From positions 1 through 51,902 of IMG/VR virus record IMGVR_UViG_3300003886_000264: a DNA stretch of 51,902 nucleotides. One strand, written 5' to 3'. Below the pieces are notes generated by a model, which searched no databases, was not told the DNA's origin, and worked only from the letters and a program-made list of their open reading frames with translations. The position numbers and the translations under genes were made by a program. Each line of letters begins with the position of its first letter. The first letter of the stretch is position 1. The stretch is from a virus. Taxonomy: Duplodnaviria; Caudoviricetes. This document shows positions 46,003 to 51,902 of this stretch, piece by piece.

Positions 46003-46610
46003 TGTAGCAAGTCCTCAATTTCTTCTTTACTAATAGCCTTCCCTGCAATATTATCTTTATTTTCTTCTTCAATCTTTTCATCTGGAGACTGAATGTGAGG
46101 TGCTTTTGGTTTTACTAACGAGTTAAGTTCCATACCTAACCAATTGGTACAATCATAAAGACCAATAACAACTTGGTTAAGGAAAAGATTTCCATCTGAG
46201 TTAAGAGAAAAATGCCCACGAAGAGACTCTGCTCCTTTAACTACTACAGAAAGATCTTTGCGCTGTTGTTTAATATAGATTACTTCTTGTCCAATATGTA
46301 CAGTAGGTAACTCACCTGGATAAGTATCAGCTGGTGGTCTCACTTCACTGTTCTCCGGATTATAACCTTCAGGATAAGGGCTGTGAGTACCATAGATACC
46401 CAATAGCTTCCCCATATACATACGGGCTTTTTCAAGAGCTGTAATTGCCAGAGAAACATACCGTTGTGAAGCTGCATTATCAGCTTTATATTTTTCAAAG
46501 AATCGTATCCTTGCATCGAGAGCTACACGTGCAGTTGTTAACCACAAGCAAGATTTTTGCCCAGTAGTTAACTCCCCTTTTCCAGTAGCTAACTTTTCTT
46601 CCATTTCCAT
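45999..46610 (-). CDS. Acb2/Tad1-like helical-hairpin protein (tandem), putative immune-signal sponge
   Basis: RYVSLAITALEKARMYMG and a second degenerate copy LNQVVIGLYDCTNWLGMEL, linked by SPYP...P.AD. Confidence 0.55.
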   Translation of the reverse strand: MEMEEKLATGKGELTTGQKSCLWLTTARVALDARIRFFEKYKADNAASQRYVSLAITALEKARMYMGKLLGIYGTHSPYPEGYNPENSEVRPPADTYPGELPTVHIGQEVIYIKQQRKDLSVVVKGAESLRGHFSLNSDGNLFLNQVVIGLYDCTNWLGMELNSLVKPKAPHIQSPDEKIEEENKDNIAGKAISKEEIEDLLH

Positions 46611-46620
46611 AATATCTCCT

Positions 46621-46845
46621 TTACTTTTTCTTTAAATTAAATAATTTCTTGTATTCTTTACCATTATCTTTAGCATCAAGCGAGCCAAATAATATGGTAA
46701 GTACAGTACCTGCAATTGTTAAGGGGACAAGCCCTGTCATTGCACCAATTGAGGTAAGTCCTCCCCCAATAACAGCTATCCTCCGCCTGTTACCTTTTAC
46801 AAGGTTATTAGCAGAGGATAGTGCTTGTTTAATTATTTTCCACAT
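46621..46845 (-). CDS. Small membrane protein (holin/antiholin-like)
   Basis: Basic N-terminus, long hydrophobic hairpin, basic tail; lysis context. Confidence 0.55.
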   Translation of the reverse strand: MWKIIKQALSSANNLVKGNRRRIAVIGGGLTSIGAMTGLVPLTIAGTVLTILFGSLDAKDNGKEYKKLFNLKKK

Positions 46846-47288
46846 TATGTGGAGTCTTGTCCTATCGTTTCTTCTTGAGCTTCAACTATTGCTTTTCTAA
46901 ACTCATTCAACGCATACAAGGCATCGACACCCTTATCTACGACATTTTCTGCACCTACAGATATCTGTAGTTTCTCTGCAATGTTTGCCTTTAAGACCTC
47001 CTTCTCGATTGGGTCAACATCATTAGCTTGAGGAATAATATTTTCTTTACCCTCCCAAGCAGCATACATTAACGGCAAGTTATCAAGATAACCTGCTAAA
47101 CTGACCTTGTTAGAAATATCATTAGTGAACTCTGCAGCAAGCATTAGCGCATCATTCAAGTCATCAATTGGCAAGTGTGACATACCTACCTCCTTCGTTT
47201 GTTCGTTTTTAGCTTTGTTACTTAATTGTTCGGAGTTTCTAACTCCCTCTCTTCCCCTCACAAGTTCATCTGGCACGAGTTTTGCCAT
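46845..47288 (-). CDS. Hypothetical lysis-module protein (alternative strong start at 47183)
   Basis: Two in-frame ATGs with AAAGGAG (47288) and AAGGAGGT (47183). Confidence 0.7.
   Translation of the reverse strand: MAKLVPDELVRGREGVRNSEQLSNKAKNEQTKEVGMSHLPIDDLNDALMLAAEFTNDISNKVSLAGYLDNLPLMYAAWEGKENIIPQANDVDPIEKEVLKANIAEKLQISVGAENVVDKGVDALYALNEFRKAIVEAQEETIGQDST
47270..47286 (+). promoter_or_regulatory. sigma54-type promoter, antisense to holin/late genes
   Basis: CTGGCACGAGTTTTGC matches the YTGGCACGRNNNTTGC consensus. Confidence 0.5.
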
Positions 47289-47308
47289 ATCATCTCCTTT
47301 CTTTATTA

Positions 47309-47569
47309 TTAGTTATTTATCCTTCTGTCCATAGATTCTATCAGAGTCTTAACACCTTCTATGGCAGAAGTATTCTTTGAAAGTGTCTCATTAAATTTAA
47401 TACCTGAATGAATAAGTTCTCTATGTTGAGCTCCAGCTTGAGCTTTCCAATCATCTCTTTCTTTCCTATGTTGTCTTATCTCATACATAACGAAAGAAGC
47501 TAACCCAATTATTACTATCCCCGCTAAGCCATAGTATTCAATCAAGAAACTTGTAGGTTCTCCCATCAT
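47309..47569 (-). CDS. Putative holin (single N-terminal TM plus coiled coil, BhlA-like architecture)
   Basis: YYGLAGIVIIGLASFVMY followed by a charged coiled coil; upstream of the endolysin. Confidence 0.6.
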   Translation of the reverse strand: MMGEPTSFLIEYYGLAGIVIIGLASFVMYEIRQHRKERDDWKAQAGAQHRELIHSGIKFNETLSKNTSAIEGVKTLIESMDRRINN

Positions 47570-47784
47570 TCTCTTCCTTTATTTGTAGCTGTTGGTAATT
47601 CACTAAAAGATTTTATAACTAACAAGCTATCTCGAACAGGTTGTACATATCCTTGTGGTGCTGTAGATGGAGCAACAGGTGCTGGTGTACTATTTAAGTA
47701 AGGATTTAAAGCATTAAGCAATAACGCCACAGCTGTTATTAGCCCACCTAACCCTGTAAGAATAGCTGTAATCTTTTTAGCCAT
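47566..47784 (-). CDS. Small membrane-anchored protein
   Basis: N-terminal TM (ITAILTGLGGLITAVALLLNAL) and Pro-rich linker. Confidence 0.6.
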   Translation of the reverse strand: MAKKITAILTGLGGLITAVALLLNALNPYLNSTPAPVAPSTAPQGYVQPVRDSLLVIKSFSELPTATNKGRE

Positions 47785-47785
47785 T

Positions 47786-48523
47786 TTAAGTTATTGCCCA
47801 CTTAGTTTTTAAGAACGCTATAACTCTTTCAATTGTAATATCAGTATGCAACGCTTTAAAGAAAATCATCTCTGCGAAAGCTCCTCTCCACGCTTCTGCA
47901 CCACCATCATTATTCCAGATTGTGTTACCACTCCAGAATGCATCAATAAGAGTAGCAGTCCAACTTGCATTTATAACACTATTCTTAACAAGATTAAGCC
48001 AAACATCTAAAGCACCATCTCCAGTTACATTCTTTATACGTAAGACCCATACTTGAAAAGTACTGTTGTCAATTGCTCCAGATGGGTTAATGATAAGGTT
48101 TTGAGCTCCTCCATCTCGAGCTTGAGTATAGAATTGCCCAACACTGTCTATTTTAACTCTCCAAAGTCTATTCCCATTATTACCTGTTAAGTAAAAAACA
48201 GTTCTGTTACGTAAACCACTATCAGGTCTAACTACTAAGTATAAGGTAATGCCTGTATCAGTAACAGCAAAAGTTAATGACTTAGGTGTAGTATTACTTA
48301 TTATATTAGCAGAACCAACAGATTGATAATATGTAAGACCATTCTGTGTGCCAGGAGTTGGAGAAGTTCCAGCATCAAAATTCCATTTCTGCACACCAGC
48401 ACTTGACCAAGTAATGCCAGCCGACCATCCATCTTCTTTATAATGTTCATCGGGACTTAAGGTAGCGGGGTCAAGTGGTCCGAGACTTCCCGCTACCTTG
48501 TCCAGCAATGTTAATAAACTCAT
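47786..48523 (-). CDS. LamG/concanavalin A-like domain virion protein (putative fibre/receptor-binding)
   Basis: ITLYLVVR...WRGAFAEMIFFKALHTD..IERVIAFLKTKWAI is the typical LamG-like C-terminus. Confidence 0.75.
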   Translation of the reverse strand: MSLLTLLDKVAGSLGPLDPATLSPDEHYKEDGWSAGITWSSAGVQKWNFDAGTSPTPGTQNGLTYYQSVGSANIISNTTPKSLTFAVTDTGITLYLVVRPDSGLRNRTVFYLTGNNGNRLWRVKIDSVGQFYTQARDGGAQNLIINPSGAIDNSTFQVWVLRIKNVTGDGALDVWLNLVKNSVINASWTATLIDAFWSGNTIWNNDGGAEAWRGAFAEMIFFKALHTDITIERVIAFLKTKWAIT

Positions 48524-48870
48524 TATACTCCTCGTACTGCGAGTTTTATTACTTTAGCTCCTGATTGATTATCGGCAACTGCAAGCTGTATCCACTTTGT
48601 TCCTACCCATTCTGATGGGACAAGTGGTTCATAAGCTGCGATTGTGTTATCAATAGTAACTGACTTCGCTGAACCACCACTGTTAACTGGTACTAATGTT
48701 CCAGTTTTGCTATCTCTTGTATTAAAGACAATAGCTGTCGAAGCAGTAATTGCAGGATGGAAGAACCCGACAGGATAAACTCCATCCTCTAATTCTAATA
48801 CTTCTGAGACCTTAGTTCCATTAGGTATTGTAAGGTCAATATACGAAATTGCGCCTTCCGCTAAATTCAT
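48523..48870 (-). CDS. Small beta-sandwich virion protein
   Basis: TIPNGTKVSEVL...VGFFHPAITAS..F pattern; TAATG-coupled on both sides. Confidence 0.65.
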   Translation of the reverse strand: MNLAEGAISYIDLTIPNGTKVSEVLELEDGVYPVGFFHPAITASTAIVFNTRDSKTGTLVPVNSGGSAKSVTIDNTIAAYEPLVPSEWVGTKWIQLAVADNQSGAKVIKLAVRGV

Positions 48871-51800
48871 TATTTATTCCTCTCTTCTTTCTTTAATTGG
48901 TTAAGTAATCTCCTATAATCTCTCCTATACTCTAAATAAGATGCATAATTTTCTGGAGTTGGGTCTTTCTTATATCTCCGTCTCCAAGAATCAGCAAGTC
49001 GTTTATATCTTTTCATATCAGACTGTGTTTGTTTAAGTACAGCTTCTGAATAACCGATATATCTTCTAACATCCTCTCCCTCAATAACTCCTTTAGTAAT
49101 ACGTTTACCTGTACCATAAGGAATACCGACAAGCTTACTTGTACCACTGGCTATCTTATCGGCAAAGGATAAAACATTATCTATTGCAAAATCATCTTCT
49201 TCAATCATTTTACCAGCTTTTTCAAGTGCCTGTACAAGGTCTTCTGCTGTTTGTAAAACAGGAGTACCCTGAACTCCAAAGTGAAAATCTTTTTGAGCTG
49301 CAGCAAAGCCCGTTTGTAATAAATCTCCTATGACAAGAAGTCCATTTAGTGAACCAAGTACTGCAGCACGAAGTTGACGTTTATCATTAAAGTTAAAACC
49401 ATCAGCAACAAACTGAAAAAGCATAGGTAATACAAAATGTGCTATTGCAAGTTTCCTAATATTCTCAGACTTTATACCTTTACCTGATGCTAAGTCTCTA
49501 ACAGCTTCAGAAGTCAGACGATAATAAGCATTTGGAGCACTCTGGAACATAGTGAATAACTTACCAATAGAACCACTTTGCTGGATATAAGATAAATCTT
49601 CTACTCTTGCAGATTGCTGTGTTCTCTCAACTACTACTTCAAATTCTCTTAAAGCACGTTTGTGAGCTTGTTCTTCAGGTAATCCTTGTTTTAAGAACTT
49701 CGCTTTATTATACTTATAAACACTCCAACCTCCTACAAGAATTGCAGCTTTATCACCAAGTTTTGTTGATAACATAAGAAAATCACTTATAGAGCGAGCA
49801 CCAGCAAGTTGTGTACTAACCTTTTTACTAAGAGCATCTTGGACATCTCTATCCATAGCGCCAGCACTATATCTCGTCCTCATCATTTCACTATCCATAA
49901 GTATCTTAATAGCTTTTCTTGGGTTAGCTGCAAAATCACCTATACCAGCCAAAAATTGACTTGTAGGAATATTAACTCCCATAGCTGGTATAGAAGTTAA
50001 CTGCTTAACTGTGATTATAGGATTGCCACCGATAACAGCTCTTGTAAAATTACGTCTAAGTTTATCTAACAATTCATAGGACTTTGATTTTTCACTTCCA
50101 CCTCGAGCTAAGTTATCAACATAGAAATCTATTAAATCAAGCATTTTTTTACCATACTGTTGCTCTATTGTCATTCTAAAAGTTTTATCTCCGAAGACTG
50201 AACGCATTTCTCTTATAGGTTCTACCCAAGCTTTAAAATGTTCCATCTCGCCGATATGCTTTATTAAAGTTTTATCTCCATCAAGATATTTAAGTTCTGC
50301 TTTGCTATTAACACGCATAGATAAGTGTTTATTAACTACTGTAGCATACTGACTTCCACGTTGTAATAATGGATTATCAATAACTTCTTTAGTCGCTGAC
50401 CTCTCAATAGGTGAGTAGAACTTATTAAAAGGTAAATCAACTCCAAAGCGTTCTCTAAAAGCTTCATTAACTCCCTTGTAATATGTAGGATAAAACTCTT
50501 CTATCTGCCATTTAGCCCACTCTAATACTTTAGGTTTAAGAAATGTTTCTAACTGCTTTATTGTCTCTGGGTTATATCCCATCTCTTTGAATGTTGGGTC
50601 AAGTGTTGGATCTTTTAACTCTAACCATTTTTTATATCCTTCATTTTGACTTATCCGAAGTTCAACAAGCTCAGTAACTTCTTTGCCTTTTTCTCCTGTA
50701 GTCTCTTTAACAAACACACCAGTTTTGTCTTGACGTTTTCTATTCTCTTCTAATTCTTTAGCTAAAGGTCTTTTGTCTTTACCATATATCTCAGAAAGTT
50801 TATTCTCAATAGCTTCCTGAGTTACTCGTATTCCTCTATCTTGACTTTGGTTAGCAGTTTTAATTTGTTTCTTATAGAAGTACTCAGATAAGAAACTACT
50901 CTTCCCACTAACTTTATTAAGTAGATGTTCAAACCCAAGCATATTATTATCAAACTCACTTAGTCTCCTTAGAAAACCTGACTTTTCTACGTCATACCCT
51001 AACTCACGAGCTTTTGCTGTACTAACTGGAGCACCAATTTCCTTTATTGCTTTCTCTAATATAGCATTACGTCTTTTTAATCTTGCCTCTTCTTTAGCTT
51101 TACGCTTAGTCCTACCTGTTTCAATTATCTCTTTCAAACCTTCGTTAGCAAATTTAAGTTGCTCGCCCCTCATATCTTTAATAGCACCGAAGCGTCCAAG
51201 ATTCTCAAAGAGTGATTGCATCTCTAATTCATACTGACGGTCTGTCGCAGTTTTCTCAGGTTTAAGTTCCATCTCTCCAAGATTTTCTACAACCTTTTTC
51301 ATTAGTGCTTCTTTTTCTTTAGCATCTACACCAACAACTTTTCTAATATTATAAAGTTTAGTATGCTCATCAGCAGTCAATGTAGTACCAGTAAGTCTTC
51401 CTTTAATTTTCTTAGGTTTATACCTTTGTAATTTAGATACTATTGACTTAAACGTCTTACGTTCCCCTGCAGACATTTTGTTTTTTGGAGCAAAAATTTC
51501 ATCGGAAATCGTTTTTAATGAGGGCTCAATTTTACCCACTACATCAACACCCTCCACATTATCCGGTTTAGTGGTGGTACGTTTCTGGTTGTTTGGGGTT
51601 ATTTTTTCGGGGTTGTTAGGTTCGGTTTTACCGGATTCTCTCTTCCGTACATTGCTTACTATTTCTTTACTTACATCACCAATAAATCTTTGGTCATAGT
51701 ATACTCCTGAAGGAGCTATACTCCCTGAAGACTCAATTAAATCAAAGTTAAAATTCTTTGGAAGTTTGCCTTCATCCTGCAACCTTATAATCACGTCTGC

Positions 51801-51902
51801 GTGGGTTACAGCTTTCGGATGCCAGAGGACTTCTCCAGACTCCAAAAGATTACCAGGTCTATATGGTCTGCTCGGTTCTTCTGGAGCAACTTTCCCCATT
51901 TT
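48870..51902 (-). CDS. Giant internal virion/ejection protein, C-terminal part
   Basis: The 1009-aa ORF in the track is the C-terminal part of the ORF starting at 3703. Helical, with hydrophobic C-terminal segments (GKLFTMFQSAPNAYY...LAIAHFVLPMLFQFVADG) typical of large podovirus ejection proteins. Confidence 0.8.
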   Translation of the reverse strand, partial: KMGKVAPEEPSRPYRPGNLLESGEVLWHPKAVTHADVIIRLQDEGKLPKNFNFDLIESSGSIAPSGVYYDQRFIGDVSKEIVSNVRKRESGKTEPNNPEKITPNNQKRTTTKPDNVEGVDVVGKIEPSLKTISDEIFAPKNKMSAGERKTFKSIVSKLQRYKPKKIKGRLTGTTLTADEHTKLYNIRKVVGVDAKEKEALMKKVVENLGEMELKPEKTATDRQYELEMQSLFENLGRFGAIKDMRGEQLKFANEGLKEIIETGRTKRKAKEEARLKRRNAILEKAIKEIGAPVSTAKARELGYDVEKSGFLRRLSEFDNNMLGFEHLLNKVSGKSSFLSEYFYKKQIKTANQSQDRGIRVTQEAIENKLSEIYGKDKRPLAKELEENRKRQDKTGVFVKETTGEKGKEVTELVELRISQNEGYKKWLELKDPTLDPTFKEMGYNPETIKQLETFLKPKVLEWAKWQIEEFYPTYYKGVNEAFRERFGVDLPFNKFYSPIERSATKEVIDNPLLQRGSQYATVVNKHLSMRVNSKAELKYLDGDKTLIKHIGEMEHFKAWVEPIREMRSVFGDKTFRMTIEQQYGKKMLDLIDFYVDNLARGGSEKSKSYELLDKLRRNFTRAVIGGNPIITVKQLTSIPAMGVNIPTSQFLAGIGDFAANPRKAIKILMDSEMMRTRYSAGAMDRDVQDALSKKVSTQLAGARSISDFLMLSTKLGDKAAILVGGWSVYKYNKAKFLKQGLPEEQAHKRALREFEVVVERTQQSARVEDLSYIQQSGSIGKLFTMFQSAPNAYYRLTSEAVRDLASGKGIKSENIRKLAIAHFVLPMLFQFVADGFNFNDKRQLRAAVLGSLNGLLVIGDLLQTGFAAAQKDFHFGVQGTPVLQTAEDLVQALEKAGKMIEEDDFAIDNVLSFADKIASGTSKLVGIPYGTGKRITKGVIEGEDVRRYIGYSEAVLKQTQSDMKRYKRLADSWRRRYKKDPTPENYASYLEYRRDYRRLLNQLKKEERNK
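51812..51902. repeat. 91-bp terminal direct repeat (copy 2)
   Basis: Identical to 1-91. Confidence 0.95.

Noticed and set aside
45999-46040. C-terminal ISKEEIEDLL resembling the FliM CheY-binding motif
   Set aside because: A generic amphipathic acidic helix that also encodes the endolysin RBS; too short to support.
46621-46845. Second Tat substrate (NRRRIAV)
   Set aside because: Lacks the RRxFL consensus and has no passenger domain; fits a small lysis membrane protein better.
51812-51902. Terminal repeat as a biological direct terminal repeat
   Set aside because: It falls inside a continuous ORF and is the size of an assembly overlap.
1-51902. Alternative genetic code, DGR, integrase or virion RNA polymerase
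   Set aside because: Genes are intact in the standard code. No reverse transcriptase, recombinase or RNA polymerase motifs were seen in the translations examined; part of the giant ORF (about nt 1200-3100) was only spot-checked.

Overview
The window is an apparently complete, circularly assembled dsDNA phage genome. Bases 1-91 repeat exactly at 51812-51902, so the unit length is about 51,811 bp. It is AT-rich and uses the standard genetic code. Two divergent arms meet at an AT-rich non-coding region (about 24.04-25.1 kb) and converge at a bidirectional terminator near 45.3 kb. The minus arm (24.0 kb down to 1, then 51.8 kb down to 45.3 kb) carries a small accessory cassette, then TerS-like, TerL, portal, scaffold, major capsid, adaptors, nozzle, two signal-peptide proteins, three ejection-type proteins (one of about 2,214 aa, split by the contig join and only partly reported by the ORF track), a LamG-like protein and a lysis module with a GH108 endolysin. 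This is a podovirus-like layout. The plus arm carries early small ORFs and a replication/recombination module: DUF932-like, Cas4-like PD-(D/E)XK nuclease, Rad52/Sak, SSB-like, DnaB-like, Dda/RecD-like helicase, DNA methyltransferase and RusA. I recognise no DNA polymerase, primase, RNA polymerase, integrase, tRNA or CRISPR array. Promoter style and signal peptides ending at Gln suggest an FCB-group host (inference). The best candidate for a new system is the cassette at 23.1-24.1 kb. It contains a twin-arginine (Tat) signal fused to a conserved copy of the phage's own capsid N-terminus, an adjacent ORF resembling a capsid spine helix, and a RyR-domain protein, together a possible exportable capsid-decoy anti-defence unit. 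Also notable are three sigma54-type promoters (one antisense to the holin), a stand-alone DnaG-fragment mimic, an Acb2/Tad1-like protein and a degenerate macrodomain. All family assignments are by-eye motif recognition, not database searches.
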